The notes: generated by a model from the letters alone, not told the origin. A stretch of DNA of 64,000 nt from the human T2T-CHM13v2.0 reference genome, Homo sapiens (GCF_009914755.1 NC_060928.1); one strand, 5' to 3'. Positions 31,722 to 46,848 are shown, counted from the first letter of the stretch. Numbers and translations: made by a program.

Positions 31722-32585
31722 ACATGTTTTTTTTTTTAACTGCTATGTTAAAAGAAATACCTTCTCTCACTCTTCACAAAAGGGAACACACGCATAAGTT
31801 AAAAAAAATGCTCTTTTAAAATGGGAGGAATTATACCTAAAATAGAAACAGAAAATAACTAAGCATTGTGGGCTAGCAAACTTTGGTTTTGTTATTCAAA
31901 GACCAGATACTTCTCTGCAGATTTGAACACCAAGAATTCTTTAGTTGTGTGATTTTTATGGCATATGTATTATTTAATATGCCAATGTACGTCCTGGGCC
32001 CATGGGAAAGGAGGAAATGGAGAATGCACATGTTCACACAAACGTGGGTGAGCACCCCGACGGCCAGCCAGGCCACATGGTGGTTAGGAACCACAGGCTC
32101 ACAGGAGAGTGGCTTTCACAATGTGAGCAATGGAACTCTGTTTCCAAATAGAAACTTCTTTTATTTTTTAACTCTGCAGTTTCTGAGTACTGAATGGTCT
32201 CTTATTACCTTTTTCGAGTAAACTGTAGACACTCTAAGTGAGAATTCCTATTATCCCGAAGAAAGAGATTAAATACGTGCACTTTTACATAACATGGTTT
32301 AGAAACAAAATTTTAGCTTGACACTGATGTAGGTGCCTAGAGTACAAGCATAAAGAACAGAAGCCCAGGTATCTTTTTGCTCCTGAAAGGTGCTTCTGGT
32401 TGCATGAGACAAGTGTTCTATATTGGCATTTACTCATCTGTGTTGAATATTATTGATTTCCTATTGTTTTTCTCACTCTTTTCACCCCTGGTTCTAGTAA
32501 TTGTTTGTATGTGTGTGTTTCTGTGCAAGTGATGTTTCCTACTTTGGTCTTTCATTTGCTAATTCGAATATTTCCCATCATAAAT

Positions 32586-32958
32586 TGGTATGATTTGGCT
32601 CTGTGTCCCCACCCAAAATCTCATCCCGAATTGTAATCCCCACATGTTGAGGGATGGACCTGGTGAGAGGTGATCGAATTATGGGGGTAGTTTCTCCCAT
32701 GCTGTTCTCATGATAGTGAGTGAGTTTTTATGAGATCTGATGGTTTAAAAGTGTGGTACTTCCTCTGCAATCTTTCTCCGTCTACTGCTGCCCTGAGAAG
32801 GTGTGCCTTGCTTCCATTTTACCTTCTGCCATGATTTTAAGTTAATTTCCTGAGGCCTCCCCAGCCATGTGGAACTGTGAGTCAATTAAACCTCTTTCCT
32901 TTAAAAATTAATCAGTCCCTGGTTATTCTTCACAGCAGTGTGAAAATGGACTAATACA
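32586..32958 (+). mobile_element. THE1 (THE1D/C-like) MaLR solo LTR
   Basis: Starts tggtatgatttggctctgtgtccccaccc, ends ggactaataca; 5-bp TSD taaat/caaat. Confidence 0.92.
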
Positions 32959-33059
32959 CAAATGAAGTCCAAAGTCGATCTTGAAGATTGGTTGTGAAAA
33001 ATCTAATAGTAGAAACTAAATACTTTGCTTTTGCATTTGGAATATAAAGGAACATTTCT

Positions 33060-33580
<521 letters not shown>

Positions 33581-34122
33581 AGCCCATTTCTAAAGTCTCT
33601 TTCTATATTTGAAATAATTTTTGGTATAGAATAAATATAAGTATAAATATTCTGCCAGGATAATAGAAAGGAAAATTGTATTAATAAATTTGACTAGCAC
33701 TATGTTTTGTTAGAGATATTCTCATGCTCTCAAAATGATGATCACCACTTTCCAGAAATACCACCCAATAAACATAGTTAATCATCAAGAACCTTTGTTT
33801 TTTCCCTTGTTCAATTTACCAACAGCATGAATATAATTCTCTTCATTTTCTAACAGGCAGTCCAGAGTTACATTTGTTAGTTGTGAATCATGGATTTGAT
33901 ATGGGTAGTTCTCTTTTATATTTCTGTTGCTTTAATTACTAATTATAACATACATTAAATAATATGTCTTATTTCATCTCATCAATTTAAGTTGATAATT
34001 AAATGATATTTGTACTGTTTTATGTTTTTATTAGTAACTAAAGCATCATTAAGTATTTTTAATATCTCACTTGTGTATTTTGCATGTCATCTATTCACTT
34101 TTATTGTTAGCTTTCTACACCT

Positions 34123-34225
34123 TTTTTTTTTTTTTAGGTGAGTATCACTATGTTGCCCAGGCTGGCTACCAACTCCTGGGCTCAAGTGAGCATCCTACTT
34201 TGGCCTCTCGAGTAGCTGGCATTAC
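34123..34225 (-). mobile_element. FLAM/AluJ monomer fragment
   Basis: PolyT then tcactatgttgcccaggctgg..aactcctgggctcaagtga. Confidence 0.8.
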
Positions 34226-34529
34226 TTGTTAGCATATGTAAAGCATAAGAAGATCAACTCTTTGCAGATTTTCTGTTTTTTTTTTTCTTTTCTTTTTAGG
34301 ATCTTTTGTTGAGCTCCATTCAAACATATTTTATTTCTAGAATGAAATTATGATTATGCAATCAACATAATCTAAGGTTTTATGAAATAAAGTGTAATTA
34401 CAGTTAAAGAGTTCAAAATGGAATATATTTTCATCAAAAATGTATACTAAACATAATATGTCAAAAATTAAAATTATATTTCATCTATGTGTTGGTAAAT
34501 TAAGATGTTTTCCTAATAACACTCAATTA

Positions 34530-35150
34530 CACTAGTTGGGAGACAGTACTCTGAAACAATGTAGTTTATGCTTGAATCAGTGACCAATTCACTGTGTAAT
34601 TTCTGGGCTTCAGGGGTAGACATGGGAATGGCTCTTCTCACTAATACATTTAATAACTCACCCACAGGATTATTTTTTTTGCTTCCAGTCCTTGCAACTT
34701 AAGAGTTACATTGCTTTAGAGCATTAATATTCAAAGGAGTAATGCATGACAGTGGTCATGAGAAGAATTCCGCTGAATTGGACTGCTACATGTATATTGG
34801 AATTTTTATGCTATTGAACCAATAGGCAAGAAAGGCTTGGTAAAGGCTCTCTAATGGCTGTGGTAATTATCAAGAAGAAATTGAGATCCTCCTTCATAAT
34901 GAGGCTGTGGTGGACTATGGCTAGAACCTAGTGGTTTCCCTGGGGTCCCTTTTAATATTTCCATATCTGATAGTAAAATTTAATGAACAGCTACAGCAAG
35001 GTAAACAAACAGGTAAGAAACACTAGGGTTTCAGACTCTTTAGGAATGAAGTTTTGGTTCCTCCTGTAAGATAAAGAACCCCAACCAGCCGAGGTTCTCG
35101 TTGAGGGCAAAGGTAACATAAAATGGATAATGTAAGAAAAGTAATTAGGG
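34530..35150 (+). mobile_element. ERVL internal remnant (3' pol/dUTPase-like region)
   Basis: gctcttctcacta..tttgcttcc..gaaccaataggcaagaaagg..ttatcaagaagaaattg..cataatgagg..gaggttctcgttgagggcaaagg resembles ERVL-int as recalled. No open frame. Confidence 0.65.
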
Positions 35151-35336
35151 ACTCCTGGTCAATTGTATTATAGGCATGAGGGATTTAAACTCTGGGCATC
35201 TTTTCCCTTGCTTGTTACATATGCATGCCACTTTATTGCTTTCTTCAAGGATTGTTGTTTAATCTTGCAGTTTAGTCTTTAGGTTACTGAAGATTTACAC
35301 AGAAATTTCTTTGATTAATTTTTAAGGAGGAAAGAC

Positions 35337-35860
35337 AGTAGAAAGAAGGGCTTGTTTCCCTATGACTTTACTTCCCATTCTTGTTAGAGTCCCTTTGGCA
35401 ATGTTTCTTTATCCTGACAATGGTTGTTGCTTTCAGTTTCCTGTTTTTGTTTGTTTGGTTTCATATTTCAGAACCAGCCTCATTATGTCCCCAAAGAGAT
35501 ACCAGTATCAGAAAGTTGGCATAGCTTCCTTAGCTACTAGTTCCAGCTGCGTGAGGATGTTTTTCCAGGCCCCTGAGGTACCAGCACTGTCTGGTTAGTA
35601 TTATTCTTTAAAAGGTTTGGGTCTCAGCTCTGTAGGGCTACACATAAACTTCTAGGTTCTAAAAACCGAATCTTTTCGTTTTGTTCACCCCACTCAAAGA
35701 GTGGTAGCTTCTTTCAGCAGTTGCTAACTTTATATTACTCAGTGTTATATTTTTCCCCTTTCAGTCCCCTAAAACCTATTTAACAAATTTCTCATATTAA
35801 ATTCCTTTTGTAAGGATAACTGGTGTGGATTCTGTTTTCCTGACTGGACCCTGAGTACTG
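35337..35860 (+). mobile_element. ERVL LTR (LTR33/LTR41-like), probable 3' LTR of the preceding internal remnant
   Basis: attaaattcc..ataactggtgtggattctgttttcctgactggaccctga terminus; purine tract (aaggaggaaaga) just before it. Confidence 0.65.
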
Positions 35861-37984
35861 TGCTATTAAATTGAATACAAATAAAAACATATTCTTTGAA
35901 AATATTCAAATCATATATTAAAATTAAAAGAAAATACAAATTAAAATTAGTAAATATATTTAAACTGAAAATTATATAAGTAAATGTGATAATTTTATAT
36001 TTAAAAAATAAAATCTGATTTTAAAAAATTACAATGTTTGAATGTTTGAATTCTAACACTCAAGCCCATCTGGTTATGTGTAGACCTAAGCATATGCATA
36101 GTCAAGAGGAATCTGAATTGTCTAATGTTACAAAATGTTTTTCAGCCATCATGTGCAACTATTGTAAATACCACTCAAACTCAAGAGTACCTCTAGGGGC
36201 ATTATTGGGAACACAAAGCAAAACAATAAAAATCAATGCTTGGCACTAATGAGACTGATACTTTGTTACACTGGAATTCAGTTCTTCATGGTACCTGGGA
36301 GAAAAGGTTTGACAAGAAAATTAATTTGTCATTTTTATTCCTGGAGCAATTTCACACACTCAAATCCCTCTCACTAGGAACCATGCTCTTCTCTTACATT
36401 TGCAGCAGCACAACCTGCAAGCCTTCATGGCTTTCCTACTCAGTGACCTACTTGAACTCATAGGACCAGAAATGTGGAGAAGCATTTTCTGTGGTGTCTT
36501 AATGGTCATATTCTGTTAGTGCTGAGTGTAAGATCAAAGTAAGGAGTTGCCTATGTGTGTTTGAATCCATTTGTGCAAGCACACACATGCACGCATGTGT
36601 GTATGATAATGTGGGACCCTATAAAGCATAAGAAACAGAGCAGGAGCCCCTCTTGTCTGCGGCCTGAGGATACTACCTGTTACCCTTAGCATATTGAGGT
36701 ACTGCAGTGTTTCCTAGGTTTTATTTTTAAGGCTCTATAACTTATGTGATTATTTTCCTGGACTTTGTTTGGTTTGCTTCCTAAGCATTAATCTCTCTTT
36801 CCCAAACTCTTCTTTTTTCGTGTTTTATTCTTTCTCCCAGAAGGTTTTATTTCTTTACATTTCCATGATGTAAACAAGGCTAGAAAACTGGTCTTCCAGC
36901 TGTCTTTCATTGACCCGTTTTTCAAAGCAGCATCACACATTTGCAGTTTTCACAAAGTTTTTGCTTTGTAATCCACTCAGTATGTAATTCCTGGGATTTA
37001 TATCTTCCTCAAGGGCTTCCATTGCAATTGATCAGTATGCTCCAGGAATCAAAGCCTCTGAAAACCTCTGATACAGTTATATTCCCATTGGCCCTGGCCT
37101 TCAGTAGAGCAGATAATTTTAAAGTTTCACTAGGAACCCCAAGGTCCTTCTTACTATGGAAAAAGAGTTAAAAATCTACCCCTAAAATTATGAAAACTTG
37201 AGTTCACTCTTGTCACCTCAATCACATATGCACATCCTGGAAACCCAGTGGATCTGCCCTGTTCAAATTAAGCTCGTGGGCCTCATCAATACGGAGGTCT
37301 TCTATTCTCTTTATTTCCACATCATGGAGGCAGCAGGAAGTTAAATAGGATTCCCTGATTCTCAAATATCCAGTTTTAGAAAGTGGACAAAATAGAGTCT
37401 TTGAGTTTTTCTGTAAAGCTGAATGTCTTCATCCCACAGACAAGAAGTCCTGGCAGGGAGTGTGGCCTGATCACCAAAAGCTTGTCATGTTATGGTGCCC
37501 TTTCCTTCTGCCTTCAACAATCCCAAACATTTATCTTAAAGCCTCACTTCATGTCAGAACTCGGTGGTCCCTACACTCTTCTAGTCCCAGAATTATTTTA
37601 CATGTATACATTCATTTTATTTAAATATACATGGATACATTTTAAAGGATTTAAAATAATTTTTATTTTCAAACTTTATATTTTATTCCCTTTTTAATTA
37701 TATACTGAACTTCGAGATTAATAACCTATTCATTATTAATCCTTAATATATCAACATTTTATATGGTAGCTTAGTCAAATAGAATTAAAATATATTAATT
37801 AATAAAAAGACTACAAGAGATTAAGTCCATTAAGAAACAGTAACATGAAACTGGGCATACACACTACGCTAGAGCAAACATACATAAATACTTTCCAGGC
37901 ATTTTACCAAAGTAATTATTTTTTTCTGTATAATATCTACTTTAATGAAATATAATCCAAAGGAAATTTAAACATCTTTATTAA

Positions 37985-38331
<347 letters not shown>

Positions 38332-39499
38332 GAGAGCTTTTTTAAATTTAAAAACACAATATTAGAACTTTAGTACAGTCATATATCTTCTTTACCATTT
38401 GATTATGTCAGAATGATTAAATAAGCTTGATAATTATGAAGCCAACATAAAAAATTCACAGAATAATTGCAAAGCGTAATTTTCAATCTTTTGTTGATAA
38501 ACACTATTCATACATCGAATAGACCATAATATAGCCTTTATTCTCAAGATGGATGGGAGCAGTCAGGTTCCTAGTAGAGGCATGAAAGAACTTAAGTGGA
38601 GACAGAGCATGTGTCATTTGCAAACATAAGTTCCCTCCTTCAGCAACACCCCCAAATACAGCAGAAAATTGCGGATGTTGTTGCATTTCTGTTGGTGTGC
38701 TTCACAAATTTTTTTAAAAAGTAATGATTGACAGTGCTATTTAAATTCTAAACATGGAAATTTGACTTGCCACGTTAGAGCTTGATATTCAGCAATGCGA
38801 TAAGGGCTAACACTGACCCTCTCTTAGAAGGGATAGGTATTGCATTCTTTCATTTTGGTACTAACCCTAAGGAGTATCCAAATATTCTATCTGACTCACC
38901 TATATATCAAAAAATATGTTTGCCTGGCTCACAATCAAACAAATTAAAAGAAAAATAGGTGTTTTACAAATTCTGTCACTTATGCAGTCCCTTGAATGAC
39001 ACTGGTGGTCTGAACGCAATGGATTCATCTTATATTGGAAGCCTATCACCTATCTTTTTACCGAGTTCCCTACCCTATATTCCAGTTCATGACATTTCTT
39101 TGAAAACAACAATTAAGCTCCAACTTAAAATAAATAAATTTCATTCCCAAACTGAGACATTTATTTATTCCAGGCATTGGAGATTATACTGATATAAATG
39201 AAATTTAGAAATTTCATCTGTTAAGAAAGACATATAAAATTATAAATCTAGGAACTAAACTCATCAGTTTCAGGAAATGAATGTGGGGAGTGTTCTCTTT
39301 AGTGTGTAAATCATTTGCTAATGTCAGGAAAATAGGAGACAAAATCCTAAAGTACTAATTTTTGTATTATTATGTATTGTCAGTTACATGCATTTAATGT
39401 ATTTTCATAGAAATTATAAAACTTTTCTTATGCCCTCTTAACTGCGGTCAGTGTTTTGGCATTAAATTCTAGCCAGATAATATGCTGGTTGAAAATGTT

Positions 39500-39715
39500 G
39501 ATCTGATACCACACAAGCCTGGGCTTTGGAATGACATTTTTATCAGTTATTAACTTTATAATCTTAGGTAAGTAAACATTTCTCTATGTTTTCATTTTCT
39601 CACTTGTAAAATCAGGATATCAGTACCTACAACACAGAGTTAGTTGTTTAAGGATTAAATGACATAATGAGAGTAGAGATTCTTGCTGACAGTGGATTTA
39701 ATGAGTGGCAGGTTA
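39500..39715 (+). mobile_element. MIR
   Basis: atcttaggtaagtaaac..ttttctcacttgtaaaatcaggat..aggattaaatgacataa. Confidence 0.7.
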
Positions 39716-39923
39716 CTTTTGTGGATTATTTTCATTATCTCCACAGAGTTTTTTTCTAGAGAAGAAAATTAAAGAAATAGACAACAACAAAGCACGGCTC
39801 AGTTGAAAGATGTGGGTGCTAGTTCTGCCACCAACAAGAATTTACAGTTTTATTCAATGACTCTGTACTTATCAACTCAACTGGACTTTTTTCTTTTTCT
39901 CATTTAAAAAATGGAATGATGAT

Positions 39924-40080
39924 TTTTTTTTTTTTAAATGAGACGGGGTTCCGCTTCATTGGCCAGGCTGGTGTGCGTGATCATAACTCATTGCAACCTC
40001 AAACTCTCGGACTCAAGCAGTCCTCTCACCTTGGTCTCCCACAGTGCTGGGATTTTAAGTGTGAGTCATCATGCCTGGCC
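39924..40080 (-). mobile_element. FRAM/AluJ-type monomer inserted in a MIR (about 39790-40160), TSD gaatgatgat
   Basis: About 155-bp single Alu arm; TSD at 39914-39923 and 40082-40091; MIR core (catttaaaaaatggaatgat | ttgtgagggtaaagtgagataat) is split. Confidence 0.85.
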
Positions 40081-40527
40081 AGAATGATGATATTTGGTTT
40101 CCCGATTCAGTTATTTGTGAGGGTAAAGTGAGATAATATGTGTGAATTTGTGTTGAAAAGTAGTCGTATCTACAATATTTAGACTTTTGATGAGAGGACA
40201 AATGATTAGAATTGATATGAAACCGGTTATCAGTGTTTTTAAATTATGAAATAATGTATACAGATGAAAGAACATAACGTAACATGTAAAATTTTAAAGT
40301 ATAACAATAAAATTATGGAGGTATCTAATCAGAAAAATAGAGCATACTGTGGTAGCAGCCAGGGATAAGAAACAGCACGGTTTTGACTTTGCCCTTATCA
40401 TTATCTTGTACATATGTTTATTACCATGAATGCCATATTTTAAAATATGTATTATAAAATTTTTCTTATGCCCTCTTAATTGCAGCGAGTAGTATCTACA
40501 CTCTGGACAGTTTTCTGTGACATTATA

Positions 40528-40750
40528 AAAACTGCTTTATTGAGACATTCACATACCATAAAATTTACCCATTTGAAGTATACAATTCAGTGGTTTTTAG
40601 TATATTCACAGATCATGCAACCATCAACACAATCTAATTTTAGAACATTTTAATTGTCCTTTAAGAAACCTGTGTCCATTAGCAGTCACTTCCTATTCCT
40701 CCTTGTAGCCCTCAACCTTATACCATCATTAATCTACATTCTGTGTGATT
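40528..40750 (-). mobile_element. L1MB7/8-like 3' end; further decayed L1M sequence on both sides (about 40230-41200)
   Basis: gctttattgaga..cacataccataaaatttacccatttgaagtatacaattcagtggtttttagtatattcacag. Confidence 0.8.
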
Positions 40751-42099
40751 TGCTGGTTACTCACCATTGTGCTTCTGAAATTCATCCATCTTGAGGCAAG
40801 TAACTTTAATTTATTTTCATTGTTGTTGTTGGTTTTGTCTCTTTAATCTATCAGCTACTGGGAGAGATGTATTAAAAATCTCCACCTATAACAGTTGATT
40901 TTTCAATTTTGAAGCTATGTTACTAAGAACATACATGTTTAAAGTGGCTAGCTTCCTGGTAATTTGTAATGTTTATTTTCACATAGTGATCAGTATCTCT
41001 TGAAGTTCCTTTTGCTTTGAAGCTTTTTCAATTCGATATTAATAAAGCTATATAAACTATTTTTTCTAACTACTGTTTGTTGATATCTTTCTTTTAAATA
41101 CATTCACTAATGATTTAAGTTTGTCTTGTAAGGGGCATATTGGATAGTATTTATCAAATTTTGAAAAATATATTCTTAGAGAATTTAAGAGTAGAAATTT
41201 AATCAACTTATAGGTATATACATGTGATGTGTAGGTTTACATATATATGTATCTTCAGTATGCTATCCTGCCTTATTTTGGCTTAAGAGGTTAATAGCTA
41301 ACATAATAAAAAAGGGGTTCTTTTGGGTGGTTGATGCACTTGCTTTGGTTGACAATATTTTTATAACTCAGCAAAGCAGGTGTCTAATCAAGGGAGAGCT
41401 AATTGTATTAATTTAGTTAATTCATTTCCGAATTTAATCTCAAAATGGAAGCCCAGAATACAAATGTTTTACAAACTGAAAGCAACACAATTTCTAGTAC
41501 TTTTCTTGTATACCCAGGAACCCTTTAACAAAACAAATTTAAGCTGTCTAGGCAACATTTTAGAGGCAAAATGTCTGGGGACTAGAGGCCAAGTGTGGGC
41601 ATTAATAATTAATTAATTAATTGATGATACCCACACTTATGTTTGATAATTAATGCTATTTAAGCCACTGCTTCCAGATTTCTGAGCAAAACCAAATTTG
41701 TGTAGCAAAACAAAAGATTTCAGAAAGCAAGCAGGAATATACACTCTTGAATAGGTGTTAACTATAAATCATTTTCCAAGGAATTTCAGTACAAATTGCC
41801 TCACCAAAGACCAATTATTACCAGTTAAGAACATATTCTAGAGTCAGACAGAGCCTGGAGCACTCTTACGGCTCTTTGAGAAAGGTACTTAACATCTCTG
41901 GCCTCTTTTTCAGATCTGTAAAATGGCAACAATACTAACACCTCATCAATTTCACTTTTTTTTTTTTGAGAAAAAAGTTACTTTATTCTTATTATTAACA
42001 CAATTTATTGAATAGTAAGTGTACCAAACATGCTACCAAATATTCTTCTCATACTATTGGATTTACTGTAGTGTATGTAATTTCTTAAATGATATGCAA

Positions 42100-42440
42100 T
42101 ACTATCTCACAATACTCTATGATACCCTGATTTTCTTCCTACTCCGGTGAGCTCTTTAATTATATCTCTTCAAATAGCCTTTCTTCCACTTTATCAATAT
42201 AGGCATTTTTTAAAATCAATGCCTTTAGTACTCTTTATTTTTATCTTTTGATCTCACCTGCATTTGTGTCTTCAGTATTCAACTTTATTGGTTCTTAAAT
42301 TTATATCTCCAGAACTGAGGACCCTCTGTGTTTCAGATTTTTTTTTCAACCCTCTACTGAATATGACCATCTTGATGTCCTCACAGCTCAAAGTCAGTAT
42401 ATGAGAACCTAAACTCATCATTTTTCCTCACAGAAACATC
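42100..42440 (+). mobile_element. L2 fragment; appears to continue at about 44780-45410 after the L1 insertion
   Basis: aaatttatatctccag..tgtcctcacag.ctcaaagtcagtatat..aaactcatcatttt. Confidence 0.65.
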
Positions 42441-42446
42441 TTTTAC

Positions 42447-42613
42447 TTGTTGTTGTTGTTGTTGTTTAGAGATGGGGTCTCACTCTGTCACCCAGGCTGA
42501 AATGCAGTGGCATGATCATAGCTCACTACAGCCTCAAACTCCTAGGGTCAAGTGAGCCTCCCACCTCAGCCTCCTAAGTAGCTGGGACTATAGGCACTTG
42601 CCACCACACTCAC
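42447..42613 (-). mobile_element. AluJ right arm with (TTG)n tail
   Basis: atcatagctcactacagcctcaaactcc is AluJ-type. Confidence 0.85.
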
Positions 42614-42646
42614 CTACTTGTTCTCTTTTGGGTTTAATGTTTAGAT

Positions 42647-44654
42647 ATCTACAACAAGAATTACAGAACAATACTGAACGAAATCGGAGACAACACAAAC
42701 AAATGGAAAGACATTCCATGCTCATGGACAGGAAGAATAAATATTGTTAAAAAGGCCATACTGCCCAAAGCAACTTAGAGATTCAATGCCATTCCTATCA
42801 AACTACCAACACCGTTCTTCACAGAATTAGAAAAAACTATTACAAAATTCATATAGAACTAAAAAAAGAGCCAAGTAGCCAAAGCAGTCCTAAGCAAAAA
42901 GAACAAAGCCAGAGGCATCACACTACCTGACTTCAAACTATACTTACAAGGCTACAGTCACCAAAACAGCATGATACAAAAGTAGACACATACACCAATG
43001 GAACAGATTAGAGAACTCAGAAATAAAGCCACACACCTACAACCACCTGATCCTCAACAAAATCAATAATAACAAGCAATGGGGAAGGATTCCCTATTCA
43101 AAAAATAGTACTGGGGTAACTGGCTAACCATATACAGAAGATTGAAACTGGACCCCTTTCTTATACCTTAGACAAAAATTAAATCAAGATGAATTAAAGA
43201 CTTAAATGTAAAACCTACAACTATAAGAAACCCAGAAGAAAACTTAGCAAATACCATTCTGGAAACAGGCCTTGGCAAAGATTTCATAACAGAGACTTCG
43301 AAAGCAATTGCAAAAAAAAAAAAAAAAAAAAAAATTGACAAGTAGGACCTAATTAAACTAAAGAGCTTCTGCACAGAAAAAGAAACTATCAACAGAATAA
43401 ACAGAATACCTACAGAATGGGAGAAAATATTTGCAAACTATGCATCTGACAAAGATCTAATACCCAGAAACTATAAGGAACTTAAATAGCAAAAAACAAA
43501 CAACCTCATTAAAAGGTGGACAAAGGGGCTAGGCATGGTGGCTCATGCCTTTAATCCCAGGACTTTGGGAGGCCGAGATAGGAGGATCATGAGGTCAGGA
43601 ATTTGAGGCCAGCCTGACCAACATGATGAAACCCCATCTCTATGAAAAATACAAAAATTAGCCAGGTGTGGTGGCAGGTGCCTGTAATCCTAGCTACTCA
43701 GGAGGCTGAGGCAGAAGACTTGCTTGAACCTGGGAGGCAGAGGTTGCAATGCCACTGTACTCCAGTCTGGGTGACATTGCAAGACTGTGTCTCAAAAAAA
43801 AAAAAAAAAAAAAAGAAAAGAAAAGGACAAAGGACATGAACAATGAATAAATGAACAGAAACTTCTCAAAAGAAGACATACACATGATGTGGCCAAGAAA
43901 CACATGAAAACACGCTCAACGTTACTAATCATTAGAAAAATGCAAATAAAAAAATGAGATACAATCTAACACCAGTCAGAATGGCTGTTATTAAAAAGTC
44001 AAAAAAGAAAAAATAACAGAGGTTGGCAAGATTGTGGAGAAAAAGGAGTGCTTATGTACTGCTTGTGGGAATGTAAATTAGTTCAGCCACTGTGGAAAGC
44101 ATCTTAGAAAGTTCTTAAAGAACTTATGATAGAACTGCTATTTGACCCAGCAATTTCATTACTGGGTATATACTCAAAGGAATATAAGTCATTCTACCAT
44201 AAAGACACATGCTCACATACGTTCACTGTAGCACAATTCACGATAGCAAAGACATGGAATCAATCTAGATGCCCATCTATGGTGGACTGGATAAAGAAAA
44301 GATGGTACATATTCACCAAGGAATACTATGCAGCTGTAAAAAAGAATGAGATCATGTCTTTTGCAGCAACATGGATATAGCTGGAGGCCATAATTGTAAG
44401 TGAATTAAAGCAGAAAGAGAGAACCAAATGCCACATGGTCTCAGTATACTTGGACACAAAGAGGGAAATAATATACACAGGGCTTACTTGAGGATAGAGG
44501 GTGGGAGGAGGGTGAGGATAGAAAGACTACCTATCAGGTACTATGCTCACTTGCGTGACAAAATCATTTGTACATCAAACCCCAGCAACACAAAAATGTA
44601 ACAAACCTGTACATGTACCCCCTGAACCTAAAAGAAGAGTTGGAAGGAAAAAAA
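42647..44654 (+). mobile_element. L1PA15-16/L1PB-like 3' portion (about 1.7 kb), split by an AluS
   Basis: acaaacaaatggaaagacattccatgctcatgg..; ORF 44126-44380 is an ORF2 C-terminus remnant; ends cctgtacatgtaccccctgaacctaaaa. Confidence 0.93.
43527..43824 (+). mobile_element. AluS (AluSg-like) with a short right-arm deletion
   Basis: ggatcatgaggtcagga..ccagcctgaccaac; ggacaaagg repeated on both flanks; ggttgcaatgccactg lacks gagccgagatc. Confidence 0.9.
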
Positions 44655-46634
44655 GCATTAAAAAATCTTCTTTGACATCTCTGAAAGAAACCAGCATAAT
44701 GTCAGACTGACAGAGGAATGATTATTAAATATTCACTGGAATATGATTGAAAATGAAACAAACGAACAAATTCAAACAAACTTGACCGCCCTTACAGCCG
44801 TCACTGATTCATCTCTCACATTTCTCTGCTCCTTTCTGGTTCTTCTGCATCCACCATGGTTCATATCATCATCGCTAGGGCTGCCCTCAGCAGCTCCTGG
44901 CTGATCTCACCCTCAAGAGCTGCTTTTCTAATTCAATCTATACACAACCTGCAAATGAGTTTTTCCTAAAACCTGTCTCTAGGCATTTGGATAAAAATAA
45001 AACAAAGAAATAGCAACTCATTGAAACTAAAGCTTCCTATTACCTATCGACTTGAGGTCAAAATTTTTAGAGGGCTCTTCCAAGCTGTCAAGATCATCTA
45101 TAACTTGGTACAGACTCACTTTTCCAGACTTATCTCCTATAAGATCTTTTGAAAAGTGACTTAGTCTGCTGGAAAACTATGACTTCCTTTCATTAAACAT
45201 ATCTTGTTCTCTTTAAAACATGTCACACAGTATTAAAATTCTTCTCTCTCACCCCCTACTTTTTCCCCATTACCCATTACTGCCCGAATTTAATATTTGA
45301 CGTGACTACCTCCCTTCTAACAGGAATTTATACTTTTTAAAACGAAATGTTGTATCATCTGCCTAATTTGTTTTGTCTGGATATGTCTTATCTCCTTTAC
45401 TAGGCTGTGATGGAGAAAAGATCTAACGTTTAATGAGGTCTCCTAGGAAGAAGGCACAATATCTTCTCAAGAGCTGTAGTTAATGGCACTATTTTCATTT
45501 TACAGATAAGAAGGCCCAGACAAGTCTAATAACTATTCATGTTTGGAATGGAGCTTTGACAAAATTCTGGTAAATTTTAGTCTCAAGGCCTATTTTCCAT
45601 GTATTAAAGGAAGAATGATTTCTTAGGTCTTGCCATGACACACTTGTTTCCTATTTGACTTTCCACAACAGAGACATTTGAAACTGTGAGGGTGAACCGT
45701 GACTGAAAAGTTACTTATTTTACTTTGTTCTAATTTTCCTCAGCACTACTAAGGAGTGACTTCTTGCCCTTACATATGACAGTTCCAAATTAAATGAGGA
45801 AGATATTTACAGTTCTGTAAATATCACTTTGGCATTTTACATTTCGTAGGAAAGGGCTTTTACGTTGCAGTTCATAGCATAGTTTATGGTTTTTAAATGC
45901 CAACTTGAGAAGTTGAAAAGAGACCTTTCCTGGAGAAAAAGACCAAGCTTCAGATTCAACGTTGAAAAATGTGCAGAATTTTTAGGGATTGCTGTGAAGA
46001 GTGAAGACGTTACTTGATGAAAAGAACATAAGGCTCTGGCTCATTTATTTATTGGCTCACAGCAGAAGGGGTGGGACATTAGAATCAGAGAGAAGACGAT
46101 GGTTCTGTGCTTTACTTCCTTTATATTCTATTTACGTGACCACTTGGAAGAGTAGTAGACAGTGGGCAGGAATCAAATAGGTACCCCGGGAAACAGCAAT
46201 GTCTGTATATCTTGGTAAATTGTGAAGAATGGAAGTATCCAATTGCAGATGTAAACATTTTAAAAGTGGGTCACTTATCAATTGAAAGATAAGACTGGGA
46301 TGTTGCTATTATAGAGTACATTGTTTTAGGCGGGGAAGAGAGTGCTATTGCAGCCCATACTGCTCTTAAGTGAGTTGAAAATTAGCAATTAAGGTCTGGA
46401 AGAAAAGGGAATTTGTTGAGCCCAAAGACACTTTCTCCTTCCTAACATTTTATTTTTTGAACTTACAGAGCAAGTGTACATAAGAAGAAAAAAAAATGGC
46501 CTGCTAGTATTTCCATATGGGTATACATAATATACACATAACCTAATATATAGTTATACACATATGGAATTATATACATATGTGTGTGTGTGTGTGCATA
46601 TATATTCTTCTAGTTAAAAACCATTGGTGTTTGC

Positions 46635-46848
46635 AATCAGCGTGGGCAACATAGTGAGTACCCATGTTGACAAATACTTTTTTAAAATTAACTGGGTGTG
46701 GTGGCATGTGCCCATAGTCCCAGCTGTTGGGGAAGCTGAGGCAGGAGGATCCCACAAGTTTGAGGCTGCAGTGAGCTATGATCGTGCTAGTACCCTCTAG
46801 CCTGGGTGACAGAGTGAGACCCTGTCCCTAAAAAAAAAAAAAAAAAAA
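46635..46848 (+). mobile_element. AluJ, 5'-truncated
   Basis: tttgaggctgcagtgagctatgatcg, gagaccctgtc, A tail. Confidence 0.88.
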
